From Planctomycetota bacterium (GTDB taxonomy: Bacteria > Planctomycetota > PLA2 > JAEUHO01): DNA of 64,000 bases. Position 1 is the first letter of the stretch; each line of letters opens with the position of its first letter. Below the pieces are notes generated by a model that searched no databases, was not told the origin of the DNA, and saw nothing but the letters and a program-made list of their open reading frames with translations. The DNA lies in contig CBDCWP010000043.1 of assembly GCA_965223505.1 (NCBI GenBank), positions 32,213 to 96,212 on the forward strand. The letters run 5' to 3'. This document shows, piece after piece, positions 1 through 9,584 of the stretch. A program made the position numbers and the translations under genes.

Positions 1-84
1 AACGGGCATCCTGTGTTCGGGGCACGCCGAAGAGTACAGATGGCCTTCCGGCAAGCGCTGACGAGACTCAACTCATTTTTCGGT

Positions 85-420
85 TTAGGGCGCCCTCTCC
101 GGAACTGTAGATAGCCGTGCTGCCAGGAGCGCCCACGCCGGTTCCGCTAGGCCAAATGCCTTGAGCATCAGTTCCCTCGTCTGCGGAAGGTGGATGGCGC
201 TTGCGTCGAGGGCAGGCTCGTCTAGTTCGTCAAGGTGCCGGTCGGTCGTGCCCGCGCGCCCAGGGAACTCGAAGGTCGCTTCCGTCGATCCTCGTCCGAC
301 CTGAGCGCTGTCGTACAGCGACATGGGTCGAAAAACGAACTCGCGGCCGTCGATCACCTCCCTCTTGAAGATCTCGTCTGCCACCGCCTCCCAGTCGCCG
401 TCACGGCCGCCCTCGCGCAT
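85..420 (-). CDS. hypothetical protein (111 aa), immediately downstream of TIR gene in same orientation
   Basis: Intact ORF 51 nt downstream of TIR CDS on same strand; no recognisable motif; moderate GC. Confidence 0.4.
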   Translation of the reverse strand: MREGGRDGDWEAVADEIFKREVIDGREFVFRPMSLYDSAQVGRGSTEATFEFPGRAGTTDRHLDELDEPALDASAIHLPQTRELMLKAFGLAEPAWALLAARLSTVPERAP

Positions 421-471
421 TCGCTTCTTCTTCGGCGCCGCCGCATCGCGCTCCTTGCGGATGCCCCTGCT

Positions 472-915
472 CTAGGCGTTTGCGGCACGGTCCAGCTTGA
501 CACAAACTTCGCTGAGGATGGCCTCTCTCTCTTGCGGCGACTTTCGATTTAACGCCACACTCGTGTCGTACGCAGCCTGGTAGGCGTTGATTTGTGTATT
601 CTCGTAGTTGCAGGAGCCGAAGTAGATCCAGAAGATCGTCGCTCCGTCCTTCTGAGCAGCATCGAGCAACGGAAACCATTCCACTTTCTTGATGAACTCC
701 GACGCAAAGAAGTTCTTCGTAACGACCAAGACGGCGACTTTCGCTCGCCCCAGCGCCTTTTTGATCTCGTCTTCCCAGATCTCACCGGGCTGAATCTCCG
801 TGTCGTCCCAGACTCGAAGACCCTGATCGATGAACGGATCGAGCATCGTCTTCAACTCGTCTCGCCACTGGCGGTCCTTATGGCTATAGCTGATGAAGAC
901 TCCATTGCGTGCCAT
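472..915 (-). CDS. TIR-domain protein (standalone, ~148 aa; start at internal Met MARNGVFISYSH...)
   Basis: Classic bacterial TIR motifs FISYSHKD ... RVWDD ... AVLVVTKNFFASEF ... EW; gene GC (~53-55%) clearly below window average. Confidence 0.8.
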   Translation of the reverse strand: MARNGVFISYSHKDRQWRDELKTMLDPFIDQGLRVWDDTEIQPGEIWEDEIKKALGRAKVAVLVVTKNFFASEFIKKVEWFPLLDAAQKDGATIFWIYFGSCNYENTQINAYQAAYDTSVALNRKSPQEREAILSEVCVKLDRAANA

Positions 916-1298
916 CAAGCACCTCCGGTGTAGTTGAGTTGAGGATGGGCTGCATTGCAGCTTCGAACGGGGCGCCTGGTGGGTCCCGACGCTTGACCAT
1001 GGCGGCGATCGCATGCTCAAGCAGTCGCTCGGTCACTTCCGGACCTCCCGTGCGCCCCTCTGGTTCAGTACTGCGCGATGCCATCTTGTAACCGGCAGAG
1101 GGAGCGCGTACCTCGGCCTCTCGCTTGAACCGAGCGAGCAGGCCTGGATCGGTGCAGAGCCGGCGGAAGGACCTTGCTGCTTGGCCCCGCTCGTGGCCCC
1201 CGCAAACCTGTAGGGATGCTACAAGTCCCAGATCGCTGGGGGCGGGGCGAGGTGCAGAGCGCCCTTCAGAACCGCTGTGTCCCTGGGCAACCTGCGAT

Positions 1299-1325
1299 AG
1301 GAGGGTTCGATTCCCTTGCTCTCCC
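1299..1325 (+). other. tRNA 3'-end-like fragment (T-arm GAGGG-TTCGATT-CCCTT plus 7-nt acceptor 3' strand); no complete cloverleaf; possible integration-site (att) remnant
   Basis: Matches conserved G53 T54 T55 C56 R57 A58 .. C61 T-loop pattern with 5-bp T-stem, followed by acceptor-like GCTCTCC-C; upstream sequence lacks D and anticodon arms. Confidence 0.3.
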
Positions 1326-1556
1326 GACACTACTTCTTGGGATCTGGGGGTGAGGTGGCCCGGCGAGTCAGCGGTCCCGCCACTGGGACGAGGTACTCGC
1401 GAAGTGGGCACTCTGGTGGGCACACTACGGCCGATGACCAAGCGAGCTGTGCGGCCGCGCGTGGTTGTGCTCCCGGCGCCATTGCTTCGGCCCTGAGCCG
1501 GTCCGGTGGCACGTCCGGAGGGCGTTTCGTATGCTCCCCGACCATTGGAGAGCACG

Positions 1557-4208
1557 ATGCTCGAGCCGGGTCAGACCGTCCTCCACTACGAACTGATCGA
1601 AGAGTTGGGCGAGGGCGGCATGGGCGCCGTGTGGCTCGCCAGGGACACGACGCTCGACCGCGCCGCCGCCATCAAGGTGCTTCCTGGCCGCTTGGCGGAG
1701 GACGAGCAGTTCCGCGCGCGTTTCGACCGTGAAGCGAAGCTGCTCGCGTCGCTCGACCACCCGAACCTCGCCACAGTCTTTGGCATCCACAAGTTTGCAG
1801 ACGCGCACTTCATCGCGATGGAGTACGTCCCGGGCGAGGACCTGTCGACGCGGCTCGAGCGCGGGCCGCTGCCCGTCGACGAAGCGATCGCAGTCTGCGA
1901 GCAGGTCGCCTCGGTTCTAGAGTCGGCACACGAGGGCGGCGTGATCCACCGCGACCTCAAACCCGCGAACGTCCGCATCACGCCGGACGGACGGGTGAAG
2001 GTGCTCGACTTCGGACTCGCGAAGGCGGTCGCGGCAGGCACCGAGGATGTTGACGTCTCGCTCACGGCAAGCGGCGTGCTGCTGGGGACCGTCCCGTACA
2101 TGAGCCCCGAGCAGGCGCGTGGTGAGGCCGTCGACGGTCGAACCGACATCTGGTCATTCGGGTGCCTACTCTTCGAGTGCCTGACCGGCAAGCACCCGTT
2201 CCCCGCATCGACCGTCTCGGACCAGATCGCGGCGATCCTGACAAAGGAACCCGACTGGAGTCTCTTGCCACCCGACCTGCCCGGGCCCGTGCGCGTCATC
2301 TTGAGGCAGTCACTTCAGAAGCCGGTCGACCAGCGCCTGAGCCACGTGTCAGGCGCACGGGTCGGGCTCGAGACGGCCGCCTTGGATCCGCCTCCCCGGA
2401 AGCCCGACAGGAGCAGGCTCCCGGTGCCGCTATCGGCCATCCTGGTGATCGGCATGATGGGTCTGTTGGCGTGGATCTTCACCCAGGGCGGCACGCAGCC
2501 GCCGAGGGGCAGCGTGCTCGAGGGTTACACGACGACGCGTTTCACCAACTTCCCGGGCGAGGAGATCGATGCCGCGATCTCGCCCAACGGCGAGTTCGTC
2601 GCGTTCCTGGCCGACCGCAGGGTGACCAACCACGGCGCCGAGGAACTCGACGGCATCTTCCACGTCTTCCGCGGCCAGATCAGCACGCACACGTTCGACC
2701 AGGTGAGCAAGGCGAGCGGCGAGGCGGGGATCGACGCGCCCATGCTCACGGTCCGGCGGCTCGGATTCCTGGGCGATGAGATGGGCCTGTGGGTCAGCGG
2801 CATCTTCCGGCACCTACGCCGGGTCTCGTTCGTCGGGTCCAAGGAGACGGACTGGCTCGAGCGGGGGATGATCCACGTCGATTGGTCCCCCGACGGCAAG
2901 CAGATCGTGTTCAGCCACATGCTCAACGGGGATCCGGTGTACGTGACCGAAGCCAGCTCCGCCCCCATCCCGACACCCGAGAAGCCGATCCTCGGCTCCG
3001 AGGAGGGGTACCACCAGCACTTCCCCACGTGGTCTCGGGACGGCAAGTGGATCTACCTGATCCGGGGCATCGTAGCGTTCGGCGAGATGGACCTCTGGCG
3101 CGTACGCCCGGACGGCAGCGATCCGCACCAGCTCTCGAGAGACCTGCGCAACGTCGCCTATCCCGTCCCGATGGACAAACGCACCGTGCTTTTCGTCGCC
3201 GAGACCGCGGACGGCAGCGGCCCCTGGCTCTGGGAGTTCGACGTCCCGTCGCGGACCGCGAAGCGTGTGCAGACTGGCGCCGACCGGTACCTCTCACTCT
3301 CCGCGAGCCGCGACCTTAGCCGACTCGTCGCGACGGTGTCGAACCCGACTGCTTCGCTGTTCACAATCCCGCTCAGGAAGTTGGAGGCCGAGGGCAAAGC
3401 GACCGAGGCCGAGGTGAAGCCCTATCCGCTTCCGGCGGTGCGCGCGCTGTGCCCGCGCTTCCGCGGCGACGTGCTCTACTTTCTTTCCTCGCGCGGCGCC
3501 GGCGACGGGCTCTGGCGCCACGAGCGCGGCGCCTCCCAGCCGCAGGAGATCTGGTCGCCGCGCCAGGGCCCCATCCTCGAGCCCCCCGCGATCTCGCCGG
3601 ACGGGACCCACGTCGCGCTCGTGGCACGCACACCGAAGCCTGAGCTTTACGTGATCAACGCGAACGGAAAGACGAGAACCCGGATCATGGCGGACGTCGA
3701 GGTGCTCGGCGCGCCAGCGTGGTCCCACGACAGCGAGGCGGTGTATTGCGGTGGCCGGCGGAACGGCGAGCCCGGGCTGTTCCGCGCAACGCGCGAGGAT
3801 GGCTGGAAGGCCGCGCTCCTGGTTCGGGCGCAGGCCACCAACCCCGTCTGCTCGTCGGACGGCGAGCTGATCTTGTTCGTGGGCCGCCACGTCGCCACGG
3901 GGCAGCGCCTCTTCGCAGCCACGCCGGACGGTACGCAGAAGAAGGACTTCCCCCCGATCTGGACCCGTCCCTTCGGCGAGCGTGTCCGGTTCCTGCCCGA
4001 CGGGTCGGGATTCGTCTACATGAGGGGCGTCGATCCCACGCAGGAGTTCCGCTACTTCGACCTCAAGACCGGCAAGGACATCGAGATCTCCGCCCTCGAG
4101 GACTCGTCCGTCATGCGCACGTTTGACATCACGCCCGACGGCAAGTCCATCGTCTTCGGCCGCCAGCGCGCCAACGCAGACATCGTGCTGATCCAGCGCG
4201 AAGACTAG
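1557..4208 (+). CDS. Ser/Thr protein kinase with TM segment and C-terminal TolB-like (PD40/WD40) beta-propeller
   Basis: N-term kinase motifs GEGGMGAVWLA, AIK, HRDLKPANV, DFGLAK, PYMSPE; TM (LSAILVIGMMGLLAWIF); C-term repeated SPDG/SPNG-x-IVF motifs typical of TolB propeller; GGAG RBS 8 nt upstream of ATG 1557. Confidence 0.85.
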   Translation: MLEPGQTVLHYELIEELGEGGMGAVWLARDTTLDRAAAIKVLPGRLAEDEQFRARFDREAKLLASLDHPNLATVFGIHKFADAHFIAMEYVPGEDLSTRLERGPLPVDEAIAVCEQVASVLESAHEGGVIHRDLKPANVRITPDGRVKVLDFGLAKAVAAGTEDVDVSLTASGVLLGTVPYMSPEQARGEAVDGRTDIWSFGCLLFECLTGKHPFPASTVSDQIAAILTKEPDWSLLPPDLPGPVRVILRQSLQKPVDQRLSHVSGARVGLETAALDPPPRKPDRSRLPVPLSAILVIGMMGLLAWIFTQGGTQPPRGSVLEGYTTTRFTNFPGEEIDAAISPNGEFVAFLADRRVTNHGAEELDGIFHVFRGQISTHTFDQVSKASGEAGIDAPMLTVRRLGFLGDEMGLWVSGIFRHLRRVSFVGSKETDWLERGMIHVDWSPDGKQIVFSHMLNGDPVYVTEASSAPIPTPEKPILGSEEGYHQHFPTWSRDGKWIYLIRGIVAFGEMDLWRVRPDGSDPHQLSRDLRNVAYPVPMDKRTVLFVAETADGSGPWLWEFDVPSRTAKRVQTGADRYLSLSASRDLSRLVATVSNPTASLFTIPLRKLEAEGKATEAEVKPYPLPAVRALCPRFRGDVLYFLSSRGAGDGLWRHERGASQPQEIWSPRQGPILEPPAISPDGTHVALVARTPKPELYVINANGKTRTRIMADVEVLGAPAWSHDSEAVYCGGRRNGEPGLFRATREDGWKAALLVRAQATNPVCSSDGELILFVGRHVATGQRLFAATPDGTQKKDFPPIWTRPFGERVRFLPDGSGFVYMRGVDPTQEFRYFDLKTGKDIEISALEDSSVMRTFDITPDGKSIVFGRQRANADIVLIQRED

Positions 4209-4960
4209 AACCCTGGACCTCGGGAACTGACCACTCGCTGTGGGCTCCAAGGGAGTACGTCCCGGCGGCAGAGGAACGGTAGGCAGCCTTGCACGACGCC
4301 ACGCGTCGTCTCTGTGAGGTGCGCCACATGCCTCGACGCCGCCGGGTTGGCCGCACCGTCCGGGCGCGCGCTGCGGATCGACCGGGATCGCAGACGTCGG
4401 TATCGCCACGCGCAACGAGGGTAGCGGGGGGCACTCCGTTACTGCAGACGGGTCCCTTGCTCTCGCCGGCACGATCATCACCGAGTATCCCTCCGGGCCC
4501 CCGGAGCATGAGTCCTACCTTGTGCGGTTCACCAGTCAGGGCGCCTTGGACACGTCGTTCGGCACCTTGGGCTTCGGCGAGGGGCTTCCGCTGCTCGACT
4601 CGCACGTCGCTCAGGCGCTTGCGCTGACGGGCGCCGGGGACATAGTCGTTGCGGGAATCATCGAGGACTTCGTCGACGAGTCGGGACGCAGCATGTTCGT
4701 TGCCCGCTGGTGCGGCAACTGATCACTTCTTGTCTCTGCGAGTGCAACCGGGGGCGTCGTCGATGGGCGACGCCCCCTTCGTTTTCGTGTCGATTGCACT
4801 GCATGTGATCCGCCTGTGACACGCCGTTCGCCTTGCGAGCGTTCGGGGCACGTCGGCGGCACACGGAGCCATGACAGCTAGGAGCGACTGCACGCGCTCG
4901 GTGTGCGCCCAGTTGAAGGCGGCAGGCGCCGCCGCCGGGTCGCCGCTATGCTCTCTCGCA

Positions 4961-5299
4961 ATGCCCCTTCCCGCCCTCATTCGCAGGTTGCTCGATGCCA
5001 AACTCGCCGGCTGGTGCGAAGAACGTGTGCCCGAACACATCCGCCAGCAACTTCGGTACGAGCACACGATCAGAGGGAACGCCGCTACGATCGTGGAAAT
5101 ACGTCCGATTTGGGACGGCTCGCCGGGAGAGACGCGGAGCAAGGTCGCACAGATTCGCTACGAAAACGACGTCTTCGCCTTGTATTGCCCCGATCGGAAC
5201 GGGCGGTGGCACTTCTTCGAGCCGTTCCCGCCGACCAAGGACCTCGACGCCGTGCTCACTGAGATCGAAGTCGACCGGACGGGGATCTTCTTCGGGTGA
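4961..5299 (+). CDS. DUF3024-like hypothetical protein
   Basis: C-terminal segment VAQIRYENDVFALYCPDRNGRWHFFEP...EIEVDRTGIFFG resembles DUF3024 family; start at internal Met chosen. Confidence 0.55.
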   Translation: MPLPALIRRLLDAKLAGWCEERVPEHIRQQLRYEHTIRGNAATIVEIRPIWDGSPGETRSKVAQIRYENDVFALYCPDRNGRWHFFEPFPPTKDLDAVLTEIEVDRTGIFFG

Positions 5300-5430
5300 G
5301 CGATCGTAGACGCCGTGCTTCGGGTGAAGCGCGCCCGAGCACGCTTCGCGAGCGGGGCGCAGCACGCCACACCGGGGCCACTGTCCCGCCTCGCTGCGAA
5401 CCGAGCGCCGCGAATCGTGTCCAAGCACGC

Positions 5431-6426
5431 ATGCCCAGTCTGCCGCGCGTCCTCTGTCTGCTTTCGTTCTGCGTCCTCGCCGTGGCCACGGCCTCCGCCG
5501 GAGACGACGTCCCGACCCGCGAAGCCATCGAACGTGACCTGAAGGTCGAAGCCTCCCTGTCGTCGCCCGCCAGCGTGCAGCCCGGCGAGCCCGTTCGTGT
5601 GACGTCCCGCATCGTCAATCGCTCCAAGACCGCTTCCTACAAGCTGGTCAAGCCGGGCGACGGGTCCGAGTCCGGCTGGCGCGAGCCACACGTCTTCTTC
5701 ACCGCGACGACCGTCGACCCGCGCGGCGTCCGCACGCCCGTTCCCGCTTTGGATATCTTGCGCTGCGGGCTGCACGACCCCAACTGGCACGACGAGGTCG
5801 TCACCCTCGCGCCCGGCGCGGTGCTCGAGCTCACCGACTGGATGCCGGCCGCGAACCTCGCACTCGACTTCCAACAGCAAGGGTCCGTCGAGCTTCGCCT
5901 TCACTACAAGTACGCGCGCGGCAACGTTTCCAAGGGCGCCATCGTCGACGCACCCGCCGGGACCGGGCCGATGGGCGACACGCCCGCGTTCGAGCTCGTC
6001 TCGAAGCCCGTACGCTTCAACGTCGTTCGCTACGTCGACATTCGTCTCGAAGTCACCGGCAAGCTCGAGGTCGGCAAGGAGGCCCTGCTCTCCGACGCCG
6101 TGCGCCTTCACGTGAAGAACCTGAGCGCGGATCCTGTTTCCGTCTCCAGCGCCGAGATCTTCGTTCAGGTCGTGCCTGCCATCGGGTCCGGCGATCTGTT
6201 CTCCGTCTTCGAGCGAATCGCGCCTACGGTCGAGCGCAAGACCGTCCCGCTCGCGGGCAGCGCGACCCGAATGTGGGACGGGACGCCGGCATGGAACGAA
6301 CTCGCGGACGTTCGAATGACGCCGGCCAAGCCCGGCAGCATCGAGATCGAGGCCATGTGGTCGCCCACCGGCGGGAAGGCGCGGTATCGCAGCGCCCGCG
6401 TCGAGGTCGAGATCGTTCGCCCCTGA
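5431..6426 (+). CDS. secreted hypothetical protein (signal peptide MPSLPRVLCLLSFCVLAVATASA)
   Basis: Clear Sec signal peptide at internal Met; overlapping antisense 478-aa ORF is low-complexity. Confidence 0.55.
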   Translation: MPSLPRVLCLLSFCVLAVATASAGDDVPTREAIERDLKVEASLSSPASVQPGEPVRVTSRIVNRSKTASYKLVKPGDGSESGWREPHVFFTATTVDPRGVRTPVPALDILRCGLHDPNWHDEVVTLAPGAVLELTDWMPAANLALDFQQQGSVELRLHYKYARGNVSKGAIVDAPAGTGPMGDTPAFELVSKPVRFNVVRYVDIRLEVTGKLEVGKEALLSDAVRLHVKNLSADPVSVSSAEIFVQVVPAIGSGDLFSVFERIAPTVERKTVPLAGSATRMWDGTPAWNELADVRMTPAKPGSIEIEAMWSPTGGKARYRSARVEVEIVRP

Positions 6427-6484
6427 CCAAGGCCTACCTCGCGGCGGATGCCGAACGCCACCGCCCCGTCGCCGACGCTCTAGA

Positions 6485-7294
6485 ATGCGCGCTCCCATGC
6501 AATACGACGAGCTCAGGCCGACATCCGCCTTGCTCCGGCCGTACGTGCGCTCCCTCTGGTCGCTTCGAAGCGCAGCGGGCCGCGTCGAACGCATCTCGCC
6601 CGACGGCTGCGTCGAGCTCGTGGTTCATCTCGGCGAACGGTCGGTTCGGCTGCAAGGTGGTGCCGAGTCGGCGAATCGCTGCGCCGTCGTCGGGCAAGCA
6701 CGCGCGCCGCTCGCCGTGCGGCTTCCGGGCAACGTGGACACCCTGGGCGTTCGCTTCGAGCCCGCCGGCGCAAGCGCGTTCTTTCGTCCGGCGATGGGGG
6801 AGTTGACCGACGCGTCGTGGCCGCTGGACGCGCTCTGGCCCGGCAGCACCGGGCCTTTGCTCGAGACGCTCGCCACCTGCGCCCGTCAACAGCGCTTCGC
6901 CTGCCTCGAGTCGACGCTCCTCGCCCGCATGCGAACCTCCGGTTCGGTTCGGGCCGTTACAGCCTGCGTGCAAAGGATTACGGCAAGCGGCGGCCGCGTT
7001 CGCATCGACGACCTCGCCTCCGAGGTCGGCTCGAGCCCGCGGTCGATCCAGCGCGCCTTCGTGCGGCGCGTGGGCATCGGGCCGAAGCTCCTCGCGCGTA
7101 TCACACGCTTCCAATCCGCGGTTCGGCGACTTCGCGACGATGCGCCCGGAAGCTGGTGCCACTTCGCGCTGGATCACGGGTACGCCGACCAGTCCCACCT
7201 CATTCGTGAGTTCCAGGCGTTCGGCGGACTCTCACCGCGCCGCTATCTCGGCACACGCTGCGAGCTCAACGCCCGGCGTATCGCTGGCGTTTGA
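6485..7294 (+). CDS. AraC family transcriptional regulator
   Basis: C-terminal HTH_18/AraC signature: IDDLASEVGSSPRSIQRAF...GIGPKLLARITRFQSAVRRL...HGYADQSHLIREFQAFGGLSPRRY. Confidence 0.8.
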   Translation: MRAPMQYDELRPTSALLRPYVRSLWSLRSAAGRVERISPDGCVELVVHLGERSVRLQGGAESANRCAVVGQARAPLAVRLPGNVDTLGVRFEPAGASAFFRPAMGELTDASWPLDALWPGSTGPLLETLATCARQQRFACLESTLLARMRTSGSVRAVTACVQRITASGGRVRIDDLASEVGSSPRSIQRAFVRRVGIGPKLLARITRFQSAVRRLRDDAPGSWCHFALDHGYADQSHLIREFQAFGGLSPRRYLGTRCELNARRIAGV

Positions 7295-7817
7295 ACCGAA
7301 ACGTCTGGCCGACGCCGAGCGCGCCCTCTTCTTCGATCGGCTGGAGCCGTACGAGCAGCTCGTCTTCGGCCGTACGCTCGTAGGAGATCTGCGAGGTCGC
7401 GCTCCGGAAGACGGCCTTGCGTTTCGCCGTGTCGGCGAGCTTCCACGCCTTGACCTGCTCCTCCTCGCCCTTCCACGACACCAGCTGCGGCGTGAAGTGC
7501 CGGAGTCGAAGCGACACGTCTTCGCCGTCGCGTTGCAACGCGAAGACCTCGTAGAACAGCGTCTGCTCACCCTTGGTGATGCGAAACGCGCCGAATTGCG
7601 TGCCCGCGCGGGGGTCGGACCAATACTCGTCGCACTCTGTCTCGCCGCTCGTCATGCGCCACGTGCCGGCCAGCCACGCGAACCCGACCGACGGGGCCGG
7701 TCGGGCCTCGTCCGACGCCGGCGCACCGCCTCCGTCGGTCGCGGGTTCCTCCGCGTTGCTCAAACCACAGGTGATGCCGATCCCGGTCAGGACGACGACA
7801 AAGATGATTGCTCGCAT
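7266..7817 (-). CDS. secreted hypothetical protein (DUF6265-like)
   Basis: Signal peptide MRAIIFVVVLTGIGITCG; WLAGTWR motif; convergent overlap with AraC gene end. Confidence 0.55.
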   Translation of the reverse strand: MRAIIFVVVLTGIGITCGLSNAEEPATDGGGAPASDEARPAPSVGFAWLAGTWRMTSGETECDEYWSDPRAGTQFGAFRITKGEQTLFYEVFALQRDGEDVSLRLRHFTPQLVSWKGEEEQVKAWKLADTAKRKAVFRSATSQISYERTAEDELLVRLQPIEEEGALGVGQTFRFKRQRYAGR

Positions 7818-7910
7818 GGCTACCTCCGTTTCGTGGCAGCCCTGATAGACGGGACCGGGTCTGCCGTATTGAAGGAATGCGACAACCCTCGTGTTCGCCG
7901 CTCGGCGACC

Positions 7911-8381
7911 TTAGTTCAACGCCACGATGGTCCCGTTCAAGACCGCCGCGAACGTCACCCACGCCAGGTACGGGACGAGCAACACGCCGGCGTTCCGGTC
8001 CAGTCGGAAGAACGCCACCAGCGTAGCCGTGAGCACGGCCCACAACCCAATCAGGATCACCAGCGCCGCCGTGATCGCATGCGCGCGGAAGAACACCGGC
8101 GACCACACCGCGTTGAGAACCAGCTGGGTGCCGAACAGAAGGAGCGCCACGCGCGCGCTCGGCTTCGATGACAGGAGACGCCAAACACGCCAGGCGGCAA
8201 TGCCCATCAACGCATAGAGCAGCGTCCACACCGGTCCGAACACCCAGCCCGGCGGCTGGAACGAGGGCTTGGCAAGCTCCTGGTACCAAGGCGAGCTTCC
8301 CGTCTCCGTCGTGAGCGCACCGATCACGCCTGCCAGCTGGCAGGCGATGACGAAGACCAGCGCGCCTCGCCAGGAACGCAC
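7911..8381 (-). CDS. tspO: TspO/MBR family tryptophan-rich sensory protein
   Basis: SPWYQELAKPSFQPPGWVFGPVWTLLYALMGIAAW and five TM helices typical of TspO. Confidence 0.85.
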   Translation of the reverse strand: MRSWRGALVFVIACQLAGVIGALTTETGSSPWYQELAKPSFQPPGWVFGPVWTLLYALMGIAAWRVWRLLSSKPSARVALLLFGTQLVLNAVWSPVFFRAHAITAALVILIGLWAVLTATLVAFFRLDRNAGVLLVPYLAWVTFAAVLNGTIVALN

Positions 8382-8385
8382 CGGT

Positions 8386-8613
8386 CTACCGATTCCGGCG
8401 GAACACCAGCAGCGCCGTTCCCACCGCGACCGCCGCGACGCCCGCCCACAACGGGACGTTCACCCGGCGACGCTGCTCGACCTCGATCTTGATCGGGCCG
8501 AGCTCCGCCTGCGTCTCCTCCGTCGTGTACCAGAACCCGCCGTAGATGACGGCAAGGAGCCCCAGGGCAACCAGGATTACCGCAACGACCTTCGTGACGT
8601 TGTTCGATCCCAT
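8386..8613 (-). CDS. small membrane protein (75 aa, 2 TM)
   Basis: Two hydrophobic helices; 5 nt upstream of tspO start, same strand (operon). Confidence 0.5.
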   Translation of the reverse strand: MGSNNVTKVVAVILVALGLLAVIYGGFWYTTEETQAELGPIKIEVEQRRRVNVPLWAGVAAVAVGTALLVFRRNR

Positions 8614-8637
8614 CGCGGACGGCTCCCTTTCGAAGCG

Positions 8638-8916
8638 CTACTCCAACGCCTCTTTGAGCTTCGCCTTGAAAACGTCCCACTTGACCACGGCGCTCTCTTT
8701 CAACGCCGCGGCCTTCTCCTCGGTCGCCGTCTCCAGCCCCTCGAACGCGCTCACGGCCTCGTCGAATGCGCGCTGAAGGTCCTCCGCAATCGCGTCCTTC
8801 TTGTCGCGCAGCTCGAGCTTGAGCACCCCCGCGCTCGCTCGGAGTCGCTCGAGCTGAGCGCGGCCCTTCTCCATCTCCTTCGAGATCGTTTCACGCAGTC
8901 CTTCGAACATGACCAC
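8638..8916 (-). CDS. coiled-coil hypothetical protein (92 aa)
   Basis: Charged helical sequence; heads the 3-gene minus-strand cluster with tspO. Confidence 0.45.
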   Translation of the reverse strand: MVMFEGLRETISKEMEKGRAQLERLRASAGVLKLELRDKKDAIAEDLQRAFDEAVSAFEGLETATEEKAAALKESAVVKWDVFKAKLKEALE

Positions 8917-9042
8917 CTTCTCCTTCCGCCTTCGATCAGCGGACCTCGTTTTAGGGCCCGTGGATGATAGGCGTTTGCTCGACCCGTTCGGAACCGTCGC
9001 CCCGGTCGTGTCCAGGTATTCGCGATCGACCTCGCCCGCGCA

Positions 9043-9510
9043 TCACGGGCTCAGCTCGTCCTGCCCGACGAGCGCAAGACCCGCATTCGCAAGCGCCCGG
9101 GACGCCACGTCCAGGTCCTCGACGTGCAGCGCGAGCACCGGATGGCCCGCCACCGGCGTCACGAGCGAGAAGACGTACTCGATGCGCACCTCGGCCGACA
9201 GCAGCGCCGACAACACGCGACGAATGCCGACCTCCGGCTCGTCGCCCGCCGACAACAGGACGCCCAGCAGCTCCGATCGAAAGACCTTGAAGCCGGCGGT
9301 CTCCAAGGCCAGCTGCGCAACCGCCGGCCGATCGACCACCAAGCGTGCGACCGCGTGATCCGCGGCGGACAAGATCGAGATCGCACAGATGCGAATGTCG
9401 TCGGCGCTGAGCGCGCGCTCGATGGCAGCCAGCTCTATCGTGCGGTTCTCGATGAACACCGAGAGCTGTTGGATTCGCCGGCCGTGTTGATGCGTCGACG
9501 CAACGGTCAT
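9043..9510 (-). CDS. ACT domain-containing protein
   Basis: Tandem ACT-like segments (LSVFIENRTIELAAIERALS..., VLSALLSAEVRIEYVFS). Confidence 0.65.
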   Translation of the reverse strand: MTVASTHQHGRRIQQLSVFIENRTIELAAIERALSADDIRICAISILSAADHAVARLVVDRPAVAQLALETAGFKVFRSELLGVLLSAGDEPEVGIRRVLSALLSAEVRIEYVFSLVTPVAGHPVLALHVEDLDVASRALANAGLALVGQDELSP

Positions 9511-9584
9511 GAGCGCCCCGTTCTTCTACGCGCCGCCGGCGTGACGCGCGAAGGCGCCACGCCGGCCGGCACTCCGATCGGTTC